In this document: piece after piece, positions 9,594 through 19,296 of the stretch | How the letters are laid out: each line of letters begins with the position of its first letter | Numbering within the stretch: the first letter of the stretch is position 1 | NCBI GenBank assembly: GCA_045616865.1 | Contig: JAZLHO010000059.1 | Location: 2,441-66,440 of the forward strand | Direction of reading: 5' to 3' | Length of the DNA: 64,000 nucleotides | From: Lachnospiraceae bacterium | GTDB lineage: Bacteria; Bacillota; Clostridia; Lachnospirales; Lachnospiraceae | Position numbers and translations under genes: made by a program | Notes under the pieces: generated by a model | The model's input: the letters and a program-made list of their open reading frames with translations, nothing else | What the model was told of the DNA's origin: nothing | Databases searched by the model: none

Positions 9594-10841
9594 TTCTGAT
9601 TTCATTTTTGCAAGGAACTCATCGCCATAACCATAATGTTCAACTACATAGTCCAGATCCTTGTCGCCACGGCCTGAAAGGCATACCAGAATTGACTCCG
9701 GTTTGCCCTTTCGGGCTTCTTTTATAGCATATGCCAATGCATGTGAACTCTCGATCGCCGGAATGATTCCTTCATTTCTTGAAAGCATAAAGAGTGCTTC
9801 GATCGCTTCATCATCACTTGCAGTAACATAATTGAATCGTCCCATATCATGAAGCATCGCATGCTCCGGCCCTACTGCCGGATAGTCAAGACCGCTTGCA
9901 TTGGAGTATACAGGTGCAGGGGCACCGTTTTCATCTGCCAGCATGATGCTGTTAAATCCGTGCATTACGCCTTCACTTCCATATGTCACGCTTGCCGCAT
10001 GATCACCGAGATTACTTCCTCTTCCACCCGGCTCTACACCGATGATTTCTACAGGGTCTGCAACAAATGGTGTAAACATTCCTATAGAGTTTGAGCCTCC
10101 GCCCACACAGGCAACCACCTTATCAGGTAAATGTCCCGTCTGCTCGATAAACTGGCTTCTGGCCTCCTCACCTATAACATATTGAAAATCCCTTACCATG
10201 AGCGGAAATGGGTGCGGACCTGCCGCTGTACCAATACAGTATATGGCATCGTGATACTCTTTTGAATATGCTTCAAATGCCGCATCAACAGCTTCCTTCA
10301 GAGTTTTCAGTCCAAATGTTACCGGAACCACATTGGCACCCAGCATTTTCATTCTCGTTACATTCGGTGCCTGCTTCGCGATATCCACCTCTCCCATGTA
10401 GATATCACACTCAAGTCCGAAATATGCTGCAGCTGTCGCAAGTGCGACGCCGTGCTGTCCGGCACCTGTTTCTGCGATGAGCTTTTTCTTGCCCATGTAT
10501 TTTGCGAGAAGTCCTTCACCCATGCAGTGGTTTAACTTATGTGCACCTGTATGATTAAGATCTTCACGTTTCAGATATATCTGTGTACGTCCCAGGAGAT
10601 TTGAAAGATTCTGACAATGATAAACCGGTGTGGGTCTTCCCTGGAAATCTTTTCTTATTCTTCTGAGTTCCGCTATGAACTGCGCAGACTGCGCTATAGT
10701 CTGATATCCTTCCGCATATTCATTAAATGCCTTTATCAGTTCAGGATCTTCAAGATAGTTTCCTCCATACTTTCCGAAATAACCCCTCTGATCCGGATAC
10801 TCCTTGAGATAGTTGTCATAGTCACGATACTTGTTGCTCAT
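9588..10841 (-). CDS. trpB: Tryptophan synthase beta chain (stand-alone TrpB1-like)
   Basis: [14 protein letters not shown] (PLP lysine), [17 protein letters not shown] and [11 protein letters not shown] motifs. GGAGG SD present. Confidence 0.85.
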   Translation of the reverse strand: MSNKYRDYDNYLKEYPDQRGYFGKYGGNYLEDPELIKAFNEYAEGYQTIAQSAQFIAELRRIRKDFQGRPTPVYHCQNLSNLLGRTQIYLKREDLNHTGAHKLNHCMGEGLLAKYMGKKKLIAETGAGQHGVALATAAAYFGLECDIYMGEVDIAKQAPNVTRMKMLGANVVPVTFGLKTLKEAVDAAFEAYSKEYHDAIYCIGTAAGPHPFPLMVRDFQYVIGEEARSQFIEQTGHLPDKVVACVGGGSNSIGMFTPFVADPVEIIGVEPGGRGSNLGDHAASVTYGSEGVMHGFNSIMLADENGAPAPVYSNASGLDYPAVGPEHAMLHDMGRFNYVTASDDEAIEALFMLSRNEGIIPAIESSHALAYAIKEARKGKPESILVCLSGRGDKDLDYVVEHYGYGDEFLAKMKSEL

Positions 10842-11017
10842 TTTTTCCTCCGCAATATGTTGATTCGTTTATGAAGACTGATTTAAATCAGACTTGTGTT
10901 TTATCACATACACAGCATTTATTATAATGTCAAACAAATGAAGAAACAACTTTATTTAATGGTATAAATGCTATAATATTAATATAGTACCAAATCGATA
11001 TGTTAAGGAGTTTGGAT

Positions 11018-12133
11018 ATGTATGATTATCTGATAGTCGGCGCCGGCTTATTTGGGTCAGTTTTCGCACAGCAGGCAAAGGAAATGGGCAGAAGTGTCCT
11101 TGTGATCGATAAAAGACCGAATATTGCCGGGAATATATATACAGAAAAAACAGATGGAATCAATGTGCACAAATACGGTGCACATATCTTCCATACCAAT
11201 AATCATACTGTATGGGAGTATGTTCAGAGATTCGCTGTATTTAACCGTTTTACCAATGCTCCGGTAGCAAACTACAAGGGAGAGCTATTCAGTCTTCCTT
11301 TTAATATGTATACATTTAATAAAATGTGGGGAGTAGTCACTCCTGAAGAAGCCCGCGAAAAAATCGAGCAGCAGAAAGCAGAGGCCGGAATTACTGAACC
11401 GCGCAATCTGGAGGAGCAGGCGATTTCTCTGGTCGGACGTGATATCTTCGAGAAACTGATAAAGGGATATACTGAAAAGCAGTGGGGACGTGATTGCAAG
11501 GATCTGCCTGCATTTATTATTAAAAGACTCCCTGTAAGGTTTACTTTTGATAATAACTATTTCAATGCACTGTTTCAGGGAATCCCTGTCGGCGGATACA
11601 CAGCTATGATTGAAAAAATGCTGGATGGCATCGAGGTTCATCTCAACGAGGACTATCTTGCAGACAAGGCTGCATATGATGCTATGGCTGACAAGGTAAT
11701 CTACACAGGTCCGATAGATGCATACTTTGATTACGAGCTCGGCTATCTGGAATACCGTTCCGTACGCTTTGAAAATGAGCTGCTGGATATGCCGAATTTC
11801 CAGGGTAATGCGGCTGTCAATTACACTGACCGGGAGACACCATGGACCAGAATCATAGAGCATAAATGGTTTGAATTCGGTAAGGATGAAAATGGAAACG
11901 ATCTGCCAAAAACAGTGATAAGCCGGGAATACAGTTCTGAATGGAAGCCCGGAGATGAACCGTATTATCCTGTAAATGACGAAAAAAACGGAGCCCTATA
12001 CAGAAAGTATAAGGCTCTGGCTGATAAAGAAAATAATATTATTTTCGGCGGCCGTCTGGGTGAATATAAGTATTATGATATGGATCAGGTTATTGCCACA
12101 GCACTTGAGCGCAGTGAATTGATTCTGAGTTGA
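11018..12133 (+). CDS. glf: UDP-galactopyranose mutase
   Basis: YDYLIVGAGLFGS FAD fold, GINVHKYGAHIFHTNN, and a C-terminal GGRLGEYKYYDMD. AAGGAG lies 8 nt upstream of the ATG at 11018. Confidence 0.9.
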   Translation: MYDYLIVGAGLFGSVFAQQAKEMGRSVLVIDKRPNIAGNIYTEKTDGINVHKYGAHIFHTNNHTVWEYVQRFAVFNRFTNAPVANYKGELFSLPFNMYTFNKMWGVVTPEEAREKIEQQKAEAGITEPRNLEEQAISLVGRDIFEKLIKGYTEKQWGRDCKDLPAFIIKRLPVRFTFDNNYFNALFQGIPVGGYTAMIEKMLDGIEVHLNEDYLADKAAYDAMADKVIYTGPIDAYFDYELGYLEYRSVRFENELLDMPNFQGNAAVNYTDRETPWTRIIEHKWFEFGKDENGNDLPKTVISREYSSEWKPGDEPYYPVNDEKNGALYRKYKALADKENNIIFGGRLGEYKYYDMDQVIATALERSELILS

Positions 12134-12158
12134 ATGATAGAATAGGGATTATTTCTTT

Positions 12159-13529
12159 TTATTTGTTATCCGTTATATATCTGGCAACATATACTCCGCT
12201 TGCGGATGCATGTGAAAGGGAGTGGGTCACTCCGCTTCCGTCGCCTATGATGAAAAGTCCCTTATGTCTTGTCTCAAGGTTTTCATCCAGCTTTGCCTCC
12301 ATGTTATAGAACTTGGCTTCTACTCCATACAACAGAGTGTCATCATTGGCAGTACCCGGAGCGATCGTATCAAGTGCATAAATCATTTCTATGATACCAT
12401 CGAGAATTCTCTTCGGCAGAACCAGACTAAGATCGCCCGGTGTCGCTGCAAGCGTAGGTCTTACCGTTGATTCCTCTATTCTCTTTACCGTACTTCTTCT
12501 GCCTCTGACCAGATCTCCGAATCTCTGAATCAACACCCCACCACCAAGCATATTTGACAGTCTCGCTATGCTTGTACCGTAGTCATTACTTGACTTGAAC
12601 GGAACAGAAAAATGCTTTGAAACAAGCAGCGCGAAGTTTGTGTTTTCGGTCTTCTTTGAAGGATCTTCAAAGCTGTGTCCGTTAACTGTGATTATACCGT
12701 TGGTATTTTCATTGACTACTATTCCGTGCGGATTCATACAGAATGTTCTTACATCATCCTCGAACTGCTGTGTACGGTATATTATCTTGCTTTCATAAAG
12801 CTGGTCTGTGATATGATCAAAAATAACACTCGGAATTTCTACTCTCACTCCGAGATCGACGCGGTTCGACTCTGTCGGAATTTCAAGATCCTGACATACC
12901 TTTTCCATCCACTTGCTTCCGCTTCGTCCGACTGAAATGATACATCTGTCAGCACATGCGTCTCCGCCATCGTATATGACCTTATATCCGCCGTCTTCCA
13001 TCGCAACTTCAGTGATCTCTGTTTCGAAATAGAAGTCGACCTTTTCTTTTAATTCATCATATATATTACCAAGGACTATATAGTTTATATCTGTTCCGAG
13101 GTGGCGTACACTTGCCTCAAGAAGTGTAAGCTTATGCTGCATACATATACGCTTAAACTCGCTTCCTGATGTTGAGTATAGCTTTGTTCCCTCTCCGCCG
13201 TGGCTGAGGTTGATGCTGTCTACATATTTCATAAGCTCGATAGCCTTGTCTTTTCCGATATGCTCGTACAGTGTTCCGCCGAAATCATTGGTTATGTTAT
13301 ATTTTCCATCAGAAAAGGCTCCTGCTCCGCCGAATCCGCACATGATCTGACAGGTTCCGCAATTGATACAGGACTTTATTTTTACTCCGTCTATCGGACA
13401 CTTCCTTTTTTCAAGTGAGTGTCCTTTTTCAAATATTGCGATATTAAGATTCGGATTAAGCTTTATCATTTCATATGCTGAAAAGATACCTCCCGGTCCT
13501 GCTCCTATTATTATCACATCATATTTCAT
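12159..13529 (-). CDS. FAD-dependent oxidoreductase (COG2509-type)
   Basis: The N-terminal YDVIIIGAGPGG dinucleotide fold followed by a Cys-rich insert (CINCGTCQIMCGFGGAG) is characteristic of the COG2509 family. Confidence 0.65.
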   Translation of the reverse strand: MKYDVIIIGAGPGGIFSAYEMIKLNPNLNIAIFEKGHSLEKRKCPIDGVKIKSCINCGTCQIMCGFGGAGAFSDGKYNITNDFGGTLYEHIGKDKAIELMKYVDSINLSHGGEGTKLYSTSGSEFKRICMQHKLTLLEASVRHLGTDINYIVLGNIYDELKEKVDFYFETEITEVAMEDGGYKVIYDGGDACADRCIISVGRSGSKWMEKVCQDLEIPTESNRVDLGVRVEIPSVIFDHITDQLYESKIIYRTQQFEDDVRTFCMNPHGIVVNENTNGIITVNGHSFEDPSKKTENTNFALLVSKHFSVPFKSSNDYGTSIARLSNMLGGGVLIQRFGDLVRGRRSTVKRIEESTVRPTLAATPGDLSLVLPKRILDGIIEMIYALDTIAPGTANDDTLLYGVEAKFYNMEAKLDENLETRHKGLFIIGDGSGVTHSLSHASASGVYVARYITDNK

Positions 13530-13616
13530 AAATAAAAAATCCTTTCTCAGTTATTTATCCTGTCTTTACTGTAACTGTATCCTGCAACAGTATAACACAT
13601 CACAGACCTTATGATG

Positions 13617-15584
13617 TTATTCAAGTTTACATATTATAACCATAGTTGATAAGCCTGCACCTCTGATCACATCGAGATCTGCCGTCATGATTTTCTGTGA
13701 TTTGCCTATATAATCTCCTTCACTGACAAGAACCATGAAGCCTTTACCGCCGAGTTTAACTGTATCAATTCCTACATGAACCAGAAGTTCCTCTCCATTA
13801 TCTGCCTTTATAGTTATTGCATGCTTTGTTTCAGCTATACTTACGACCGTTCCGTCACATGGAGACCATATATTTCCGTTCTCAGGAAGAATACCTATAC
13901 ATTTTCCGAGTTTTCCTGATGAAAATACGGGATCAGGTATCTCTTGCATAGGAATCAGTTCACCGTCTGCAGGCGCACCCGGCTTAAGTCCGTTCTTCTT
14001 ATCTTCAATATTTTTTTCCGCCTTCGCAGTACATTCTCTTATTTGTCTGACCTTTGAAACCGGAACTGATAATTCATCAACTCCTGCTTCGATAAGTCGC
14101 TCTATCATCTCCGTGTCTGCTGCCAGCTGACCGCATATTCCGGTCGTTACCCCGTTTGCATGTCCGGCATGCACGATTTGCTCAATAAGTCTTAACACTG
14201 CTTCATGATGCGGGGTGAAATACCTGTCAAGTCCCTCTTCCTCTCTGTCCAGCGCAAGTGTATACTGAGTCAAGTCATTGGTTCCTATACTGAAAAAACC
14301 AACCTTTTTTGACAGAGTATCGGATATTATTGCCGCTGCCGGGGTCTCTATCATGATACCAAGTTCGGGAATCCTGTAAGGTACCTTCTCTTTCTCAAGC
14401 TCTGCAGCTGCTTCATTTACATGATTCGTGATTTCATCAATCTCCCATTCGGAAGTTATCATAGGAAACATGATCTTCAGATTTCCATGGACACCGGCTC
14501 GCAGCATCGCACGCAGCTGAGTATGAAAGAGCTCTCTCTTTTCAAGTGATATTCTCACTCCGCGAAGACCCAGTGCCGGATTTGCTTCTTCAGGTATATC
14601 AAGCCATCTCACCTTTTTGTCAGATCCGATATCCATGGTCCTGATGATCACTTCCTTATCGCCCATTGCATCCAGAACAGCACTGTATGCCTGGTACTGC
14701 TCTTCCTCGTCGGGAGCTGAATTGCTGCCCAGGAACAGAAACTCGGATCTGAAAAGACCTACTCCGTCTGCTCCTGATTCAAGCAGCTGTGGTATGTCCT
14801 CCGGTCCTGCAATATTTGCATATATTTTAGTTTTACACCGGATGTCTTTCTTTGATTTTCTGCGCTGGATTTTTTCATCAGCAATAACTGTCATTCTCTT
14901 CTCTGCCTCAGCTATCATATCACTGTCAGGATCTATGATCAGGTTCTCTCCATCGATAATGACATATTTGCTTTTCATAGCCGCTGCAGTCGCTTCGGTG
15001 TTTCCATATACATACGGTATTTCCAGATTTCCGGCGAGAATCGAGAGATGCGAGTTTGGCGAACCTTTATCCGTGATGATTCCCCCGATCAGCATCTGAT
15101 CAAACGAAGTCATCTGCGCCGGACTTATATCATACGATACCAGTGCCGAGCGGATCACAAGCTCAGCATCTGTATTTCCGCTTATGGCCTTTATTATCTG
15201 TTCTCCCACTCCTCTTATGTCAGAAGCGCGTGCACGCAGATACTCTGATTCTGCAGTCTCCACCTTCCTTGCATATTCATCAGCTTTATTCTTTACCGCA
15301 TACTCTGCTGTGCAGTTTTCATTCGTAATGTATTCTTTGATCTCCCCCATAAATGACTGATCGTCCAGCAGCATCTGCACCGTTTCCATGATTGCTGCAT
15401 TATCCCCGGAGTATTTAGCATTTGTCATTGAGTTCTTTATTGCATCAATCGCTCTGTCCAGCTTTGCAGTTTCTTCTGCGCAATCTGATGCGGCTTTTTC
15501 GATGTCAGGAGTCGAAGTATTGACAGCATGAACCGGTCCTGCATAGAAACCGTTCTGAGCAATATGGCATATATATTCCATCAT
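13617..15584 (-). CDS. PTS Enzyme I fused to EIIA(Glc-family) domain
   Basis: EI motifs are GSPNSHLSILA (phospho-His), IGTNDLTQYTLA and GICGQ. The C-terminal ~115 aa carry EIIA-Glc motifs (ETKHAITI, HVGIDTVKLGGKGF). AAGGAGGG SD present. Confidence 0.85.
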   Translation of the reverse strand: MMEYICHIAQNGFYAGPVHAVNTSTPDIEKAASDCAEETAKLDRAIDAIKNSMTNAKYSGDNAAIMETVQMLLDDQSFMGEIKEYITNENCTAEYAVKNKADEYARKVETAESEYLRARASDIRGVGEQIIKAISGNTDAELVIRSALVSYDISPAQMTSFDQMLIGGIITDKGSPNSHLSILAGNLEIPYVYGNTEATAAAMKSKYVIIDGENLIIDPDSDMIAEAEKRMTVIADEKIQRRKSKKDIRCKTKIYANIAGPEDIPQLLESGADGVGLFRSEFLFLGSNSAPDEEEQYQAYSAVLDAMGDKEVIIRTMDIGSDKKVRWLDIPEEANPALGLRGVRISLEKRELFHTQLRAMLRAGVHGNLKIMFPMITSEWEIDEITNHVNEAAAELEKEKVPYRIPELGIMIETPAAAIISDTLSKKVGFFSIGTNDLTQYTLALDREEEGLDRYFTPHHEAVLRLIEQIVHAGHANGVTTGICGQLAADTEMIERLIEAGVDELSVPVSKVRQIRECTAKAEKNIEDKKNGLKPGAPADGELIPMQEIPDPVFSSGKLGKCIGILPENGNIWSPCDGTVVSIAETKHAITIKADNGEELLVHVGIDTVKLGGKGFMVLVSEGDYIGKSQKIMTADLDVIRGAGLSTMVIICKLE

Positions 15585-15597
15585 TTCTTCGCCCTCC

Positions 15598-17448
15598 TTA
15601 TAATCTTTCTATCAGAAAGCTTCTGATTTCTCCGGCTGCCATCACTGCATCCGGACCCTCAGCCCTGCATTTCAGTTCCGTTCCCTGTACCGCGCCAAGT
15701 GACATCAGCTGCATGACACTTCTGCCATCGGCAGTATGTCCGTCTGCCTCTATCACGAAGCTGCAGTTATATTTACGAATCAGTCCCGATAATTCTCCGG
15801 CCGGTCTTGCATGCATTCCAAGCGGATCCCTGATTATATGTGTAAACTCCTTATCTCCGGTCATGTCAAATATGACCGTCTCTCCATGGTTAATCCTGAC
15901 ATGTGTATTATTCTGAATATCTGATTCCACGTCAGCCGTATTCGCAGCATTTTCCTCTGCGGATTTTTCTTCTGTTGCTCCGTGGTCCACGTTTCCATCC
16001 GGCTCGGGAATCTCAGCATCGCTTACCAGTGCGTTTGTAATGATAAAGCTCATGACATAACTTATCATAAGTCCGATAAGATAGCACAATATGCTTAGCA
16101 GTGGTCCACTGGGTCCCTGTGTCATAACAAATATTCCAAGCAGTCCTGACGGCCCCCATGTCGTTGAAGCAACCTGCATGAGCATTACAAAAGCACCTCC
16201 GAAGCCGGCACCGATTCCTGCGGTAATAAATGGTTTACCCACCGGAAGTGTGACTCCGTATATCAGTGGTTCTCCGACTCCCAGAAATCCGGCCGGAAGT
16301 GCACCTCTGATCACGGAAACCAGCCTCTGACTGTTTTTCTTCTTTGCCTTTTTCATGATAGCAAGAGAAGCTCCGACCTGTCCTGCTCCAGCCATCGCAA
16401 GTGCAGGATAAAGTGTGATAAATCCTATCTCCTGAAGCTGTACTGTATACAGCGCTACCATTCCGTGGTGCATACCTGCTGCAACAAGCGGCAGGAATAA
16501 TGCCGATGCGATATATCCGGTTATCAATCGCACTATGGCGCTTTCAGCCATACATGCTTTTCCAAATACCCATACTATACCGGTGGATACATATCCGAAT
16601 ATAGGCATGATTATCAGTATGTATGGAATCGCCACTATAAGCAGTGACAAAATCGGTGTAAATACTATATCGACACTGTCTGGCATCCTGCTTCTGACTT
16701 TCTTCTCTACTACAGAAAGCACCAATACTCCAATGATGACTGCAAGAACTCCGCCCTTGCCCGTTCTGAGTATAGATCTCAGCGGCTCGGAATCATTATA
16801 CAGACCCAGTATCTGGGCGATGGTATTGATACCGTCCAGTGAAGTGATTAGTCCCAGCATTCCGCCAAGTATCGGTGTCGCTCCGAACCTCTCTGCCGCG
16901 CGATACCCCGCCCATGCTGTGATATATGTCATGAAGGAAGTATTGATCAGCACCAGCAGCGTATATATCATATTCCATATCTTTATGTCTGCGTAGTTTG
17001 GAACAAGCTGACTTATAAGCGAAGAAAGACCTGCGCAAAGTCCCGCAGCGATAACGCCGGGGATCAGTGGAACAAATATATCTCCTATGACTTTAAGTAC
17101 TGATTTTACCTTGTTCTTTTTATTCTTTGCGTTGAGGCTTTCCTTATTCTGCTTCCAGTCACCGGTACTATCGTTTGTCTTTTCATCCGCCGCTGAAGCC
17201 ATGCCCATATCATGACAGATATCTGCATACTTTCTGCTTTTTCCCGGCCCGACCACTATCTCATATGAACACGCTCTGTCATGAACCAGTCCCAGCACAT
17301 CAACAAGCTCTTTAAGTCCCGCTTCATTTACCGGCGTCTCTTCTCTCGTCACTACTCGCAGTCTGGTCATACAGTTGGTAACTGAAATTATGTTTTTTTC
17401 TCCTCCGAGATATTCAATTATCTTACTTACACTGTCCTTCGCGCTCAT
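15598..17448 (-). CDS. murP: PTS EIIB-EIIC (glucose/sucrose superfamily, MurNAc-type by context) fused to a C-terminal HPr domain
   Basis: N-terminal EIIB NCMTRLRV (phospho-Cys), a polytopic EIIC with GVGEPLIYGV, and the last ~90 aa as HPr (GMHARPAG, GRSVMQLMSLG). ATGA overlap with murQ. Confidence 0.8.
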   Translation of the reverse strand: MSAKDSVSKIIEYLGGEKNIISVTNCMTRLRVVTREETPVNEAGLKELVDVLGLVHDRACSYEIVVGPGKSRKYADICHDMGMASAADEKTNDSTGDWKQNKESLNAKNKKNKVKSVLKVIGDIFVPLIPGVIAAGLCAGLSSLISQLVPNYADIKIWNMIYTLLVLINTSFMTYITAWAGYRAAERFGATPILGGMLGLITSLDGINTIAQILGLYNDSEPLRSILRTGKGGVLAVIIGVLVLSVVEKKVRSRMPDSVDIVFTPILSLLIVAIPYILIIMPIFGYVSTGIVWVFGKACMAESAIVRLITGYIASALFLPLVAAGMHHGMVALYTVQLQEIGFITLYPALAMAGAGQVGASLAIMKKAKKKNSQRLVSVIRGALPAGFLGVGEPLIYGVTLPVGKPFITAGIGAGFGGAFVMLMQVASTTWGPSGLLGIFVMTQGPSGPLLSILCYLIGLMISYVMSFIITNALVSDAEIPEPDGNVDHGATEEKSAEENAANTADVESDIQNNTHVRINHGETVIFDMTGDKEFTHIIRDPLGMHARPAGELSGLIRKYNCSFVIEADGHTADGRSVMQLMSLGAVQGTELKCRAEGPDAVMAAGEIRSFLIERL

Positions 17449-18356
17449 TTTCTTCTCCCGTTGATCAGATCTATAGCTCTTCCGACAAATCCTGAGGTTT
17501 CCCCCAGGGCTTTTTCCGCCGTCTCATAATCTGCTCCGGTCTCGCTGCATATGATGGCGAGCTTGACTCTGTTATCACATTGCCTGAGATACTTTTCAGC
17601 ATCACACCTGTCAATATCTGCAGCCATCATGACTATTCTGACTGCCCTGTCAATAAGCTTCTTATTTGTCGGCACCATATCAACCATAAGATTCTTATAA
17701 ACCTTCCCATACTTTACCATCGAAACTGTGGTCAGCATATTCAATACCATCTTTGTCGCTGTTCCGGATCTGAGTCTTGTCGATCCGGTCAGAACCTCCG
17801 GGCCTATGACAACTGCGATAAGTGTATCACACAGATGGGCAAATGCAGGCGAAGGCACACAGCATACTCCTGCCGTAAAAGCTCCCAGACCTCTGGCATA
17901 CTTGAGTGCACCGGCGCAATAAGCCGCAGATCCGCTTGCACTGAGTGCTACCAGCACATCCTTCCGGTTAAAGCCGATCTCCTTCAGATCTGAAACTCCA
18001 AGTTCTGATTTATCCTCCGCGCCCTCGACTGCGGTATTAAGAGCCTTCAGACCCCCTGCTATCCTGGCCGTGACCATATTTTCCCCTGCATTAAATGTTG
18101 GCAGACATTCTGATGCGTCCAGCACTCCCAGTCTTCCGCTGGTACCTGCCCCGCAGTAAACCAGCCTTCCTCCCTCATTGTAAGCGTCTGCAATTCTGTC
18201 CACGACCTTTGCAATATCCGGAAGGGCCTTTTCGACAGCTGCAGGAATTTCTGCATCCATACTGTTCATGAGCGTGACTGCTTCAAGTGAAGTCATCTTA
18301 TCCAGATTCATGCTCTCCGGATTTCTGTTTTCAGTAACTAATTTTGAATAATCCAT
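17445..18356 (-). CDS. murQ: N-acetylmuramic acid 6-phosphate etherase
   Basis: SIS-domain protein with TENRNP...LD and GAGTSGRLGVLDASECLPTF, typical of MurQ. Confidence 0.9.
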   Translation of the reverse strand: MDYSKLVTENRNPESMNLDKMTSLEAVTLMNSMDAEIPAAVEKALPDIAKVVDRIADAYNEGGRLVYCGAGTSGRLGVLDASECLPTFNAGENMVTARIAGGLKALNTAVEGAEDKSELGVSDLKEIGFNRKDVLVALSASGSAAYCAGALKYARGLGAFTAGVCCVPSPAFAHLCDTLIAVVIGPEVLTGSTRLRSGTATKMVLNMLTTVSMVKYGKVYKNLMVDMVPTNKKLIDRAVRIVMMAADIDRCDAEKYLRQCDNRVKLAIICSETGADYETAEKALGETSGFVGRAIDLINGRRK

Positions 18357-18378
18357 GTCTGTCTCCCCGTAATCTTAA

Positions 18379-18416
18379 TATGACCATGAAGTCTTGTTTA
18401 TTACCTCATGGTCATA
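18379..18416 (-). terminator. Intergenic hairpin between aroE and murQ (possible terminator)
   Basis: 11-bp perfect stem TATGACCATGA / TCATGGTCATA with a 16-nt loop. There is no strong U-tract. Confidence 0.35.
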
Positions 18417-18423
18417 CAGCAGT

Positions 18424-19278
18424 TTATTCAAATTCTTTTCTGAGCTGTTCCTCCATCACCTCAAGAGGTGCCTCGACACCTGTCCAGAGTGTGAAGTTGA
18501 GAGCACCCTGACATGCCAGCATGCCTAATCCGTTTACCACCTCTGCTCCCCTGGATGCTGCTTCCTTAAGAAATACCGTATCACATGGATAGAATACTAC
18601 ATCAACCACTGTCATATCGGGGTGTATGGTATCGTAATCTATATCCGGCTTTCCGTTTACATCAGGAGCAAAACCTATAGATGTAGCATTCACCAGAATA
18701 TCGGTATTATCCGGAAGCTTATATCCGGAAGTCCACTTGTGTCCTGCTGCCTTTGCTTTTGTATTTTTATTGATTACCTCTGCAAGTTCAAGTGCCTTTG
18801 CTTCAGTACGGTTCAGGATAGTTATTGTTTTTACTCCTGCAAGCGCACATTCAACCGACACAGCTCTGGCTGCACCTCCTGCCCCAAGTATAACCATATT
18901 TTTATCCGCGAGATCAATGCCCCGGTTTTTCAGAGCCTGCACGAAGCCTTTGCCGTCGGTGTTTTCACCATACAGTGATCCGTCATCTCCAACCACTATC
19001 GTATTGACAGCACCGATGATTCCGGCTGCCTCGGACAGTTTGTCGAGCTTCGGTATTACATTGATCTTGTGCGGCATGGTCAGATTCATGCCCTTCATGT
19101 GAAAGGCACGTATAGCTTTCACTGCATCGTCCAGATCATCCGAAGTCACACGAAGTGTCAGATATCTGTAATTAAGTCCGCAATGTTCAAAAGCCGCTTC
19201 CTCCATAACTCCCGTGGGATTGTCATCTACCGGATCACCAAATACACCCACCAGTTCTGCCCTGTAGTTTTTGCTCAT
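18424..19278 (-). CDS. aroE: Shikimate (or quinate/shikimate) dehydrogenase
   Basis: NLTMPHK, GAVNT and GAGGAARA motifs. Start set at MSKNY because the GGAGG site lies inside the longer ORF. Confidence 0.8.
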   Translation of the reverse strand: MSKNYRAELVGVFGDPVDDNPTGVMEEAAFEHCGLNYRYLTLRVTSDDLDDAVKAIRAFHMKGMNLTMPHKINVIPKLDKLSEAAGIIGAVNTIVVGDDGSLYGENTDGKGFVQALKNRGIDLADKNMVILGAGGAARAVSVECALAGVKTITILNRTEAKALELAEVINKNTKAKAAGHKWTSGYKLPDNTDILVNATSIGFAPDVNGKPDIDYDTIHPDMTVVDVVFYPCDTVFLKEAASRGAEVVNGLGMLACQGALNFTLWTGVEAPLEVMEEQLRKEFE

Positions 19279-19296
19279 ATTCCCCTCCATTCGGTA

